A stretch of 35,926 nt of DNA from NCBI GenBank assembly GCA_964490205.1, contig CAZBCD010000001.1, positions 1-35,926 of the forward strand, in the 5' to 3' direction. Below the pieces are notes generated by a model. The model was not told the origin of the DNA. It did no database searches and worked only from the letters and a program-made list of their open reading frames with translations. Below, one piece after another: positions 18,318 through 28,329 of the stretch. The first letter of the stretch is position 1. Each line of letters begins with the position of its first letter. This DNA is from an uncultured Pelolinea sp. Its GTDB lineage: Bacteria > Chloroflexota > Anaerolineae > Anaerolineales > Anaerolineaceae. Made by a program: the position numbers and the translations under genes.

Positions 18318-18350
18318 AGAAGTAGGTGAGACCATTTCTCACCTACTTCT
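18318..18350 (+). terminator. intra-operon 14-bp stem-loop (partial terminator or mRNA stabiliser)
   Basis: AGAAGTAGGTGAGA-CCATT-TCTCACCTACTTCT perfect inverted repeat between the binding-protein and ATPase genes; short U tail. Confidence 0.65.
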
Positions 18351-18371
18351 TTGAATAGGAACGGAGTATTT

Positions 18372-19901
18372 ATGGCCACAATTTTAGAAATGCGCGGGAT
18401 TACTAAAAGATTTGGCGATGTCCTGGCAAACGATCATGCTGGAATTAAAGTTGAAAAAGGCACTGTACATTCTATCGTTGGTGAGAACGGCGCTGGAAAA
18501 ACAACTTTAATGAACATCCTTTATGGTCTTTACCAGGCTGATTCCGGGGAAATATTCTTCAATGAAGAACAGGTAGAGATTAGGGATCCATCCGCCGCGA
18601 TTAGAAATGGCATTGGCATGATCCACCAGCATTTCAAATTGATCCCTGCGATGACAGTTGCGGAAAACGTGATGCTGGGGAATGAACCTCGAAAAAACCC
18701 ATTTGTGCTTGACCTGAAGGAATTAAATGACCAGACCCGCCGACTTTCTGATCAGTATGGATTAGCTGTTGACCCGGAAACGCTTGTTGAAGACATATCA
18801 GTTGGCATCAGGCAGAGAGTTGAAATTTTAAAGGCATTATATCGGAAAGCGAATTTATTGATCTTGGATGAACCTACTGCGCTGCTGACTCCCCAGGAAA
18901 CGGAAGACCTGTTCCGAATCATCAATCGTTTGCGTGCGGACGGAAAAACAATCTTATTTATTTCTCATAAACTGAAAGAGATCATGCATATCTCAGATAG
19001 AGTTACTGTTATGCGGGATGGCCGGGTGGTGGACACAGTCGAAAAGAAAGATACCAGTGAAGTTAAACTGGCGCGGTTGATGGTTGGCCGGGATGTTCTT
19101 CTGAAAACAGCTCCTCCTTCAAAGAAGATCGGGGAAGTGATCTTGAAAGCGGATCATTTATCTGCTGTGAGTGAATTACACCACAGACCGGTACTACGCA
19201 ACGTGTCTATTGAGGTCAAATCGGGCGAGATTCTAGGTATCGCTGGGATTGATGGGAATGGACAGACAGAATTGGTCCGTGCTCTGATTGGACTGCAGAA
19301 ATTAACTGAAGGAAAGATTTACCTTCGCGGCCAGGAGATAACGCGTTTGCCGGTGAAAGAGATGCGAGATGCTGGCATTGGCGTGATCCCGGAAGATCGA
19401 CTGGTGGAAGGATTGATTGTAGATTTTGACGTGCAGGAAAACTTGTGCCTGGGGCTGCAGCGCAACCAGCCATTCTCGAAAAAAGGTTTATTCGATTGGA
19501 AAGCTGTTTCCTCAAATGCGGAAAAACTGGTTGAAAAATTTGATATCCGCACACCAAATATCCAACACATGGCACGCCTGCTTTCCGGCGGCAACCAGCA
19601 GAAAGTGATCGTAGCACGGGAGATCTTTCACGCGCCTGATATGATCATTGCCGCGCAGCCAACGCGTGGTTTAGATATTGCTGCGACAGACTTTGTACAC
19701 GAGGAATTGATTAAGCAGCGCGACCACGGCAAGGCAGTATTATTACTCTCCCTTTCTTTGGAAGAGATTATGTTGTTATCCACCCGCATCGCCGTTATTT
19801 ATAAAGGGGAGATTGTTTCTATTGTCAATAAAGAGGATACAACTGCAGAAGACCTGGGTCTGTTGATGTTAGGTGGATCGTACGAACATATTCCGGCATG
19901 A
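18372..19901 (+). CDS. nucleoside ABC transporter ATP-binding protein (CUT2, two ABC domains)
   Basis: GENGAGKT, ISVGIRQ, LILDEPT, GIDGNGQTE, LSGGNQQK and QPTRGLD; start MATILEM at 18372. Confidence 0.93.
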   Translation: MATILEMRGITKRFGDVLANDHAGIKVEKGTVHSIVGENGAGKTTLMNILYGLYQADSGEIFFNEEQVEIRDPSAAIRNGIGMIHQHFKLIPAMTVAENVMLGNEPRKNPFVLDLKELNDQTRRLSDQYGLAVDPETLVEDISVGIRQRVEILKALYRKANLLILDEPTALLTPQETEDLFRIINRLRADGKTILFISHKLKEIMHISDRVTVMRDGRVVDTVEKKDTSEVKLARLMVGRDVLLKTAPPSKKIGEVILKADHLSAVSELHHRPVLRNVSIEVKSGEILGIAGIDGNGQTELVRALIGLQKLTEGKIYLRGQEITRLPVKEMRDAGIGVIPEDRLVEGLIVDFDVQENLCLGLQRNQPFSKKGLFDWKAVSSNAEKLVEKFDIRTPNIQHMARLLSGGNQQKVIVAREIFHAPDMIIAAQPTRGLDIAATDFVHEELIKQRDHGKAVLLLSLSLEEIMLLSTRIAVIYKGEIVSIVNKEDTTAEDLGLLMLGGSYEHIPA

Positions 19902-19918
19902 TAGAAAGGTACGGAACA

Positions 19919-20995
19919 ATGGAAAAAACACGAAATTTTTTAGAAAAAAATGAAGCGGTATTCACTTCCATATTGGCAGTGGTCTTTGCTTTCATAACTG
20001 TGGCAATGCTTTTATTATCTTCTGGCAGAAATCCAATTGAGGCATTCGGTTATTTTATTCGCGGGGCATTTGGTACTGTTTATAATTTTGCTGATACTTT
20101 AGCTCGAGTCATTCCTTTATTGATTGCGGCAATCGCATTCATAATAGGGGCTAAATGTTCAGTTTTTAATGTTGGCATTGAAGGACAGTTGTTATTAGGC
20201 GCCCTCGCTTCCGCGGTTGTTGGATTTGGATTAGAGCTTCCAATGGTAATTCATCTCCCGCTTATGCTTTTAGCAGGCGCACTGGCGGGCGGTTTGTACG
20301 CATTGATTCCAGCATGGTTGAAAGTATATCGGAAAGTGAACGAGATCTTGAGTACGATCATGTTGAACTACCCCGCCTTTTTTTTCACTCATTATATCGT
20401 TTTGAATGTTACACCTCGGGAAGGTGTGGTTCCGGCAACTCCTTTTATTAAAGAAACAGCCAAGTTTATTAATATTTTCCCGGGCACCCGCTTGCATGCT
20501 GGTGTGATCGTAACAATCCTCGTTATCATTCTTGCATATTTCCTTTTGCAGAAAACCTCACTTGGTTATGAAATGCGCGCAGTTGGGCTAAATCAGGAAG
20601 CTGCCCGATTCCACGGCATCCCGGTTGAAAAAAGGATGATGCTGGCATTTTTCCTGAGCGGCTGTTTGGCAGGATTGGCAGGTGCTGTAGAGGTGGCTGG
20701 TATTCACTATCGCTATAATGATCAATTCTCGCCCGGCTATGGATACGATTCGATCACCGTGGCAATGGTAGGCTTATTGAGCCCAATTGGCGCAATTTTC
20801 TCGGCAACTTTATTCGGAGCTTTGAAAACCGGTATCATAGAAATGGCAGTGTTCACCGAAATACCCCGGCAGCTTGTTACGCTGATGAACGGCATTGTAG
20901 TTCTTTTTGTTTCTGCGAAAAGTTTGGTTCAATCCGGATTCCTGCGGGCAATAAGAGAAAAGAGAACCGATGCGTTAGATAAGGAGACAGCATAA
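19919..20995 (+). CDS. nucleoside ABC transporter permease
   Basis: FNVGIEGQ, NEILSTIMLNY, GYEMRAVGLN..AA and GYGYDSITVA; alternative start 19898. Confidence 0.92.
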   Translation: MEKTRNFLEKNEAVFTSILAVVFAFITVAMLLLSSGRNPIEAFGYFIRGAFGTVYNFADTLARVIPLLIAAIAFIIGAKCSVFNVGIEGQLLLGALASAVVGFGLELPMVIHLPLMLLAGALAGGLYALIPAWLKVYRKVNEILSTIMLNYPAFFFTHYIVLNVTPREGVVPATPFIKETAKFINIFPGTRLHAGVIVTILVIILAYFLLQKTSLGYEMRAVGLNQEAARFHGIPVEKRMMLAFFLSGCLAGLAGAVEVAGIHYRYNDQFSPGYGYDSITVAMVGLLSPIGAIFSATLFGALKTGIIEMAVFTEIPRQLVTLMNGIVVLFVSAKSLVQSGFLRAIREKRTDALDKETA

Positions 20996-21948
20996 TGGAT
21001 CTGTTAGAAATTATCATCAAAGTATTCACGGTTTCTCTCGCATACGCAACCATCCGTATATGCATCTCAATTGTATTTGCCGGGATGGGAGAAATGATCA
21101 CAGAACGCTCGGGTGTTTTTAACATGGGTGTTGAAGGGATCATGCTGATGGGTGCGTTTTCAGCCGCAATAGGAACTCATTTTTCTGGAAGCCCCTGGAT
21201 AGGATTATTAACCGCAGCAGTTGTGGGTATGTTGATCGGATTACTGTTTGCTTTTATCGCAATTTCTGTAAAAAGCGATCAAGCCATCAGCGGTTTGGCT
21301 ATTTATCTATTATGTGTTGGCCTATCCGGTTACTTGCTGCAGGTGCTTTTTAAACATGGTGGAAACAGCCCGAAAGTGGAAACACTTCCAATCATTCATT
21401 TTGCTTTCTTGGAAAATATTCCGATAGTCAATGATATCTTCAATGACCAATCGGTCTTGATGATTCCGGCATTATTATTACCAGTCATCTTATATTTCGT
21501 TTTTTACAAAACCCCCTGGGGAACATGGCTGCGGGCGGCTGGTGAAAACCCGAAAGCTCTGGCAGTTGTGGGAAAAAATCCGGTCGTTGTACGATATATT
21601 GCAGTATTAGCTGGTTCGCTGCTGGCGGGCATCGGCGGTGCTTATCTTTCAATTTCACAAACATCTATTTTTTCTGAAAGGATGGTAAATGGCCGCGGTT
21701 TTATTGCGCTGTCCGCAGTTATTTTTGGCAATGTAAAGCCCTTTGGAGTATTCGCGGCTTGTATGTTCTTTGGTTTTATGGATGCGCTGCAGTATTCACT
21801 ACAAACGGTTATCCCTGACCAGTATTTCCCGAGAGAGGTATTTATGGCCCTGCCGTATATATTGACCTTAATGATCCTGGGGGGGTTCATCAAACGGAGC
21901 AGCGGTCCGGCAGATATCGGCAAGCCATATGAGAAAGAATCAAGGTAA
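20995..21948 (+). CDS. nucleoside ABC transporter permease
   Basis: ERSGVFNMGVEG, DQAISG, LRAAGENP, GRGFIAL and LPYILT. Confidence 0.92.
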   Translation: MDLLEIIIKVFTVSLAYATIRICISIVFAGMGEMITERSGVFNMGVEGIMLMGAFSAAIGTHFSGSPWIGLLTAAVVGMLIGLLFAFIAISVKSDQAISGLAIYLLCVGLSGYLLQVLFKHGGNSPKVETLPIIHFAFLENIPIVNDIFNDQSVLMIPALLLPVILYFVFYKTPWGTWLRAAGENPKALAVVGKNPVVVRYIAVLAGSLLAGIGGAYLSISQTSIFSERMVNGRGFIALSAVIFGNVKPFGVFAACMFFGFMDALQYSLQTVIPDQYFPREVFMALPYILTLMILGGFIKRSSGPADIGKPYEKESR

Positions 21949-21996
21949 GCTCGATCTGATTTGCTGATATATTACAGCTAATCTGTTTATGACAAT

Positions 21997-22031
21997 AAAG
22001 GACCAGCCGTTTTTTGGGCCGGTCCTTTTTT
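21997..22031 (+). terminator. intrinsic terminator of the nucleoside operon
   Basis: AAAGGACCAGCC...GGCCGGTCC hairpin followed by a T run. Confidence 0.75.
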
Positions 22032-22059
22032 ATATGACATCCATGACGCAACCAGAATC

Positions 22060-22410
22060 TTAATGTGTTTTTGTCTTTTTTGAAAGCAGGTATGCGGCAA
22101 TGAAGAGCAAACCGATCAGGATGGGCGGTCCGCCAATGAGAAGGAATGCAGTCCAATGCGGGATGCGTGTCAAAACCAAACAGGAAGTGCCGGCAATGAT
22201 AAATAAAATTCCGCCGACCAACACCCATTTCCAGGCGATGAGTAAAATGGCAATTACGATATATGTTGGAACGAGATGGATTAAAAAGCCGACAATCGCT
22301 TCCGGAAATGGAATACCTTCACCAAATGAATCCAGAGCGAACATGCTGATAAAAAACACAAAAAGCATTCCCGGTATCCTGGGCAGCCACTAGAGAAATT
22401 TCTTATTCAT
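22060..22410 (-). pseudogene. small membrane protein gene interrupted by an in-frame TAG at codon 7
   Basis: AAGGAG RBS then ATG 22410 reads MNKKFL*WLPRIPGMLFVFFISMFALD..., with TAG at 22390-22392 in frame with the ORF 22060..22368. Confidence 0.65.
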
Positions 22411-22483
22411 ATTTCTCCTTAATAACGCACACACCAGTAACCATATATAATAATACAAATCATCAGGGATATAATTTCTTTAT

Positions 22484-23572
22484 ATGAAATCTCATTTATC
22501 AGGTGTATTTGCCTTGCTTTTATTTATCACGCTTATCTTTTCCGCTGCGTGTGGTGGTGTTTCTGTAAAAGCGTCGGCGGACGAAGAAAATGAAATGGTT
22601 TCAATGATCAATACACCAACTGCAGAGAGTCTTCCCGAGGAGGAAACTTCTCCTTTAGAAAAGGCAACCGTTGAGTTGTCCGCTCAGCCCTACACTTCCC
22701 CGTCGGGTTCGTTTCAGATTATCCCCCCCAGGGGATGGAACTGCAGTGAAACGGGAGAATTCCAGGTAAATTGTCAATCACCGGACCAATCAGCGAAACT
22801 GCAAGCAAGGATTACCGCAACTGGATATGAGTTAGTGCAGGAGGCGTTTTTATCTTTCACACATGCTGAATTGGTTCATGCGTATTCGGAAATCAAGGAG
22901 TATGTGGAAATCGAGCGATTTGAGAATGAAGGGCGTCTGACAGTGACAGCAAGCTGGCGAAAGGGGGACGCATATTGGAAGGGCACGGATGTTTTTATCC
23001 GTACAGGAGGAACAGTCTTTCACCTGCAAACGGCAGCCCAGCAGGAATCAAGCGGTATGTATGAAGGTATGTTCACCAGGATTGCTGAAAGCCCCGAGAT
23101 ATTCCCGTCTGCACTACTCGGGTCCCAACTGTATGCTAACCGGAACACTCACACTGCCAGGGATGCTATTTTTGAAATCGATATCCCCGCCGCGTGGGTT
23201 AAGTACATGGACGCGGGGTCTATAAAAAAAACAATCATCGAAGAGTTCTTCTCGCCTGATATGCGCGCATCGGTACAGATAGCCGTGTACTGGCATGGGG
23301 AGATGATAGAGCAGGTATTCAAGGCAGAGAAAACTTTGGAGATCATGCGCGCACTTTATGGACATGACCTGCGTGTATCCCATGACAAGGCGCTGCCGGA
23401 CGGGCGGGAACGATTAGAATGGTATGCAGCTAATAAGGATATAAACGGAATATCATATTTTGATTCTTACGGAAGCTCTATATATGTATTCAGTATCGTC
23501 TGGGAAGAAACCACAGAAGAAATTTATCTACCGCTGCTGGAAGAAATTGCCGCATCTTTCAGCATGGAATAA
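22484..23572 (+). CDS. hypothetical lipoprotein with two PsbP/DcrB-like repeats
   Basis: Signal peptide ending SAAC; repeated motifs YTSPSGSFQIIPPRGW and HTARDAIFEIDIPAAW. Confidence 0.7.
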   Translation: MKSHLSGVFALLLFITLIFSAACGGVSVKASADEENEMVSMINTPTAESLPEEETSPLEKATVELSAQPYTSPSGSFQIIPPRGWNCSETGEFQVNCQSPDQSAKLQARITATGYELVQEAFLSFTHAELVHAYSEIKEYVEIERFENEGRLTVTASWRKGDAYWKGTDVFIRTGGTVFHLQTAAQQESSGMYEGMFTRIAESPEIFPSALLGSQLYANRNTHTARDAIFEIDIPAAWVKYMDAGSIKKTIIEEFFSPDMRASVQIAVYWHGEMIEQVFKAEKTLEIMRALYGHDLRVSHDKALPDGRERLEWYAANKDINGISYFDSYGSSIYVFSIVWEETTEEIYLPLLEEIAASFSME

Positions 23573-23612
23573 AGAGAAGGAATGGGAAATATGGTGGTAG
23601 AAGATTCGGGTT

Positions 23613-25802
23613 CTACTTAACGATTTCTAATTTCGCGATCGATGCGGCAAGGCGTTTCAGTCCGACTGTTTCGAACATGACAGTAACGGTTTCATCGTTA
23701 CCCATCGTACGGGTCTCGATGACCATGCCGTCCCCCCAGGCCGGGTGAATTACTCGCATCCCAGCCTTATAAACCAGATCTTTTGGTTCTTTTGGGGCAG
23801 GTTCATTGTTTCCACTCATAGAAACCGCGGATGTCCAGCGCGGCTGGCTGAGCGGCTTGACGCAGCGCACTCCTAAACGGATGCCTTCCTGCTTGATGAG
23901 CTCTTCCGGGATATCATCAAGAAAGCGGGAGGGCATAGTGTATTCATAGCGGCCAAAATTACTGCGCTGCCCGGCGCGCACCAGGATGAGGTCATTTTTT
24001 GCGCGGGTGATCCCCACATAGAACAAGCGGCGTTCCTCCGCCATTTCCTCGGGATCTTCAAAGGAGCGGTTGTGCGGTAGGAGGCCTTCATCTAGTCCGA
24101 CAATATATACGGTTGAGAACTCCAATCCTTTAGCGGCGTGGAGCGTGAGGAGAGTGGGTGCGTTGGGAGCGTCTGGTATGGTGTCCTGATCGGTTACAAG
24201 CGCAATCCTCTCGAGGAATTCGGTCATCCCCTGGTTCTCAAACTCGTAAGTGAGTTGGCGCAGTTCAATGACGTTCTCCCAGCGCCCCTCGCCGATATCC
24301 GTGCCATCGTCAATGTACGCTTTGTAACCAATGTCTTTTATGACCTGATTGAATAACTCAGGCAGGGAGTGGTTTTGGATGAATTCCCGCCAATTGAAAA
24401 GCAGCTCGCTAAAACCTGCCAGGACAGCGGCACCACGTGCGCTGAAAGGCGACCAGAAGGGGGATGCCTGGCCTTTTTCTCCCAATGAGAGCAGCACATC
24501 GGAAGGAGATACATTATTCTCCTGGGCAACTAAATTGAGGTCGATGAGGGTTTTACTGCCGATACCGCGCGGTGGGAGGTTGATGGTGCGGTTCAAGCTG
24601 ATGGTGTCAAATGGGTTGTGGATCAGCCGCAGGAAGGCAACCATATCCTTAACCTCGCGGCGGCCGTAAAAGCGCTGGGCGCCTACCAGGCGGTAGGGCA
24701 ACCCAGAGCGCAGGAATGCATCTTCAAAAAGCCGTGATTGGGCATTGGTGCGGTACATGATAGCAAAACTGCCCCCACCCTCTCCGGCGGAAATGCGGTC
24801 CATGATATCCCCGACCACATACGCGGATTCCGAGTGGTCATCTACCGCATCGTTTAGAATGATGGGATTTCCGCTGCCGCGTTTGGAAAATAATTTCTTG
24901 GGAGTTCGGGCAGTGTTCTGGTTGATAACTGCCTGGGCGGCATCCAGAATATTCTGCGTGGAGCGGTAATTACGCTCCAGGAGCAGCTTGGATGTCTTCG
25001 GATATTCTTTCTCAAAGTGGATGATATTGTGGTAATCTGCGCCGCGCCATCGATAAATAGATTGGTCCTCATCCCCGACTGCGAACAGTGAGTGGTGGTG
25101 GGAGGAAAAGTGTTTTACCAGGTCATACTGCGCCTGGTTGGTGTCCTGAAATTCATCGACAAGCACATGCTCAAAGCGCTGGCTGTAGCGTTTATGGATA
25201 TCGGGATGCTCTTCGAATAATTTAACGGTCCAGAGGAGCAGATCATCAAAATCTACAGCATTGCTGCTGCGCAGCGTGGACTCATACCGCTCATAGATGC
25301 GCTTGGCCACCTCTTCGCGATAAGTGCGGGCTGAGAAATCACCAGCGGAGGTGAGCTGGTTCTTGGCGTTTGAGATAATGGCGTGCATGGCGTTGGGAGG
25401 ATACAGTTTATCGTCCAGGTTCAGGTCTTTCAGAATACGTTTTACTATGGACTTCTGGTCATCAGCGTCCATGATGACATAATTCGCGTCAAATGGGAGC
25501 ACTTCCGCTTCGCGGCGCAGGATACGGGCACAAATGGCATGGAATGTTCCCAGCCACAGCGCACCAACCCCTTTACCAAGCATACGCTCAAGGCGCCCTC
25601 GCATTTCACGCGCGGCTTTGTTGGTGAATGTTACCGCAAGGATTTTTCCCGGGTTGACCTGATGTTCATATACAAGGTAGGCGATGCGCTGAGTGAGTAC
25701 ACGCGTTTTCCCTGAACCGGGCCCCGCCAGAACGAGGATCTGTTGCGCGAGTGAGGTAACCGCTTCGTGCTGCTGCGGATTGAGTTTTTTGAGAATATCC
25801 AT
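23613..25802 (-). CDS. pcrA: ATP-dependent DNA helicase PcrA/UvrD
   Basis: LAGPGSGKT, TFTNKAA, VDEFQDTN, VGDEDQSIY.WRGA, NYRST, TLHAAKGLEF and EERRLFYVGITRA; Tudor-like C-terminus. Confidence 0.95.
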   Translation of the reverse strand: MDILKKLNPQQHEAVTSLAQQILVLAGPGSGKTRVLTQRIAYLVYEHQVNPGKILAVTFTNKAAREMRGRLERMLGKGVGALWLGTFHAICARILRREAEVLPFDANYVIMDADDQKSIVKRILKDLNLDDKLYPPNAMHAIISNAKNQLTSAGDFSARTYREEVAKRIYERYESTLRSSNAVDFDDLLLWTVKLFEEHPDIHKRYSQRFEHVLVDEFQDTNQAQYDLVKHFSSHHHSLFAVGDEDQSIYRWRGADYHNIIHFEKEYPKTSKLLLERNYRSTQNILDAAQAVINQNTARTPKKLFSKRGSGNPIILNDAVDDHSESAYVVGDIMDRISAGEGGGSFAIMYRTNAQSRLFEDAFLRSGLPYRLVGAQRFYGRREVKDMVAFLRLIHNPFDTISLNRTINLPPRGIGSKTLIDLNLVAQENNVSPSDVLLSLGEKGQASPFWSPFSARGAAVLAGFSELLFNWREFIQNHSLPELFNQVIKDIGYKAYIDDGTDIGEGRWENVIELRQLTYEFENQGMTEFLERIALVTDQDTIPDAPNAPTLLTLHAAKGLEFSTVYIVGLDEGLLPHNRSFEDPEEMAEERRLFYVGITRAKNDLILVRAGQRSNFGRYEYTMPSRFLDDIPEELIKQEGIRLGVRCVKPLSQPRWTSAVSMSGNNEPAPKEPKDLVYKAGMRVIHPAWGDGMVIETRTMGNDETVTVMFETVGLKRLAASIAKLEIVK

Positions 25803-25957
25803 TTTTTACGCGAGAGATGATTGTACCCTAATCACTCATAATTATTATTCTATTTAATATATAATGCCGGGGTTGTGCGCTGTAGATATCTATTCTTAGG
25901 TTGGAAATATATTTTTAGATTAGAAATAGCCCTCCTTTTCAGAAAGGCTTTTTGATT

Positions 25958-27190
25958 CTACTTATTCGCGTACAGATCAATGATCTTAAGGATGACCGCG
26001 ACCGCTTTTTCCATTGATTCCAGGCAGGTGTATTCATACGGGCCGTGGAAATTATGCCCGCCGTCAAAGATATTTGGCGTAGGCAAGCCCATATATGAAA
26101 GGCGCGCGCCGTCGGTTCCACCGCGGATGGGTTTAGTGATGGGCTCAATATCCAGGGCGCGCATGGCTTCTTGAGCGGTTTCAACGATATGCATGACCGG
26201 TTTGATCACTTCGCTCATATTGCGGTACTGCTCAACCATTCTCACTTCAATGGTCCCTTTTCCATATTTTTGATTGATGAATTCTGCGCTCTCAAGCATC
26301 AACTGCTTCTTATCATCAAATTTATGCGGATCGTGGTCGCGCAGGATATAAATTCCCTCAATATCTTCAACTGATCCCGGGGACATTTTCCACAAGTGAT
26401 AAAAACCTTCTCTCCCTTCGGTATATTCCGGGCGCTGTTCGACCGGCAGCAAGGCATTGAATTCAAAGAAAATGAGCATGGCGTTTTTCATAACGCCCTT
26501 GGCAGAGCCGGGGTGGACGGATTTTCCGTGTACTTTTACAAATGCCTTGGCAGCATTGAAATTCTCGTATTCGATCTCGCCAATTTTTCCCCCGTCCATC
26601 GTGTACGCGAAATCCGCACCAAACGCATCCACGTCAAAGTGGACTATCCCTAATCCAGTTTCCTCATCCGGAGTGAAAGCGACCCTGATCGGGCCGTGCT
26701 TTATATTAGGATGGGTAATGAGATAATCTATGGCGGTCATGATCTCCGCGACGCCGGCTTTATCATCCGCGCCCAGCAGGGTAGTTCCGTCAGTGGTGAT
26801 CAGGGTCTGCCCCTTGTATGCGAGCATTTCCGGGAACTCCTGTGGAGATAAGCGCATACACTTTTTCCCTTTGAGGGGGATCTCTTTACCGTCATAGTTC
26901 TCTATGATCTGCGGGCTGACTCCTTCCCCATTGAAATCTGTGCTGGTATCTATATGCGCCAGAAAACCGATCGCAGGCAGCTCTTTGCTGGAATTAGAGG
27001 GCAAAGCAGCCGTCAGAAAGCATTTTTCATTGAGGTGTACATCCCCCATCCCTAGGGCCTTTAGTTCATGTTCAAGCAAACGGGCGAGATCCCACTGGTT
27101 TTCTGTAGTGGGTGTGTGGTCGGTGACCTGTTCGTCCGAGCGGGTGTTTATCTTCACATACCGTAAAAAACGATCTAACAAAGCTGACAT
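25958..27190 (-). CDS. pepT: peptidase T (tripeptide aminopeptidase, M20B)
   Basis: AHIDT, TDGTTLLGADDKAG, FTPDEE, HPGSAKG, IRGGTDG and HNFHG. Confidence 0.96.
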   Translation of the reverse strand: MSALLDRFLRYVKINTRSDEQVTDHTPTTENQWDLARLLEHELKALGMGDVHLNEKCFLTAALPSNSSKELPAIGFLAHIDTSTDFNGEGVSPQIIENYDGKEIPLKGKKCMRLSPQEFPEMLAYKGQTLITTDGTTLLGADDKAGVAEIMTAIDYLITHPNIKHGPIRVAFTPDEETGLGIVHFDVDAFGADFAYTMDGGKIGEIEYENFNAAKAFVKVHGKSVHPGSAKGVMKNAMLIFFEFNALLPVEQRPEYTEGREGFYHLWKMSPGSVEDIEGIYILRDHDPHKFDDKKQLMLESAEFINQKYGKGTIEVRMVEQYRNMSEVIKPVMHIVETAQEAMRALDIEPITKPIRGGTDGARLSYMGLPTPNIFDGGHNFHGPYEYTCLESMEKAVAVILKIIDLYANK

Positions 27191-27276
27191 AATAAGTAAA
27201 ATCTCCTGTGTTTAGATAATTGCACCGCAATCTTAACGTTAGACAAAGAAATTCGCAAGCAGTTTTGAGAGAATGA

Positions 27277-27305
27277 TTGCCAAAAGAGGAGCGTTGCGCT
27301 ACAAT
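27277..27305 (+). promoter_or_regulatory. sigma70-type promoter giving a probably leaderless holB mRNA
   Basis: TTGCCA-N17-TACAAT-N7-ATG (27313). Confidence 0.6.
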
Positions 27306-27312
27306 GGCAAGC

Positions 27313-28329
27313 ATGGGCTGGCAAATCATAGGACACAGCTGGGCGGCGGACATGCTACGGCAGCATATCGCGGGCGGGAAACTGCGCCACGCATATCTGT
27401 TCAGCGGTCCAACTGGCGTCGGGCGGCGGACGCTGGCGCTGCGCTTCGCGCAGGCGGTCAACTGCACCCAACCACCCGCACCCGGCGACGCATGCGGGAA
27501 ATGCCAGACCTGCCGGCAGATCGAACAGATGCAGCATGTTGACCTGACAGTTGTACAGACAGAAGAAGCAGGCACTGTCTTGAAGGTGAAACAGATTCGA
27601 GAACTACAGCATTCGCTGTCTCTCTCTTCGTATGCGGGCGGATACCGGATTGCGCTCCTACTGCGTTTTGAAGAAGCAAATGCTAATGCGCAGAACGCGC
27701 TCCTGAAAACACTGGAAGAACCTAACCAAAAAGTGCTGCTGCTACTGACGGCGAATGACCCGCAGAACCTGCTGCCAACAATCCCATCGCGCTGCGAACT
27801 GCTGCGGCTGCGCCCGATAGCCGTGGACGATCTGGCAGACGTATTAGTATCACAAGAAAACCTCCCCAAAGATAAAGCGCAGCTGATCGCGCATATATCT
27901 GCCGGGCGGGCAGGGATTGCCAAACGGATGGCTGGTGATGCGGAGATACTTGAAAGACGGAAGAAATGGATGGATGATTTGCTGGAACTGCTGCCAGCGG
28001 GCAGGAAAGAAAGGTTCCACTATTCAGAAAAAATTACACGGGTCGGTAAGAAAGACCGAGGGCAGGCAAAGAGTGCGATGTTGGAAGGGATGGCTTATTG
28101 GCTTTCATTCTGGCGCGACGTGATGCTGATTGGCACGGAGAGCGACACACAGATCACAAATATTGACCTGCGGGAATCAGTTCACCACACGGCGGAAGAA
28201 GTTGCTCCACGGGAAGCTGCACGCGCTATGAGCGTCCTGGAACGCGCTTTCAAGCGCGTTCGAATGGCAAATTTACAACTGATGCTGGATGTAATTCTGC
28301 TGGATTGGCCCGTAGTCACCGCTGGCTAA
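27313..28329 (+). CDS. holB: DNA polymerase III delta-prime subunit
   Basis: HAYLFSGPTGVG, Zn motif C...CGKCQTC, NALLKTLEEP and LLPTIPSRC; alternative start 27304. Confidence 0.92.
   Translation: MGWQIIGHSWAADMLRQHIAGGKLRHAYLFSGPTGVGRRTLALRFAQAVNCTQPPAPGDACGKCQTCRQIEQMQHVDLTVVQTEEAGTVLKVKQIRELQHSLSLSSYAGGYRIALLLRFEEANANAQNALLKTLEEPNQKVLLLLTANDPQNLLPTIPSRCELLRLRPIAVDDLADVLVSQENLPKDKAQLIAHISAGRAGIAKRMAGDAEILERRKKWMDDLLELLPAGRKERFHYSEKITRVGKKDRGQAKSAMLEGMAYWLSFWRDVMLIGTESDTQITNIDLRESVHHTAEEVAPREAARAMSVLERAFKRVRMANLQLMLDVILLDWPVVTAG

Noticed and set aside
22390-22392. Genome-wide TAG recoding or pyrrolysine insertion
   Set aside because: TAG terminates several intact genes here (for example at 4634 and 13690), and the site looks like a mutated Tyr codon.
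27072-27923. 283-aa minus-strand ORF
   Set aside because: Antisense shadow of holB with Ser/Arg/Cys-rich composition and no recognisable motifs.
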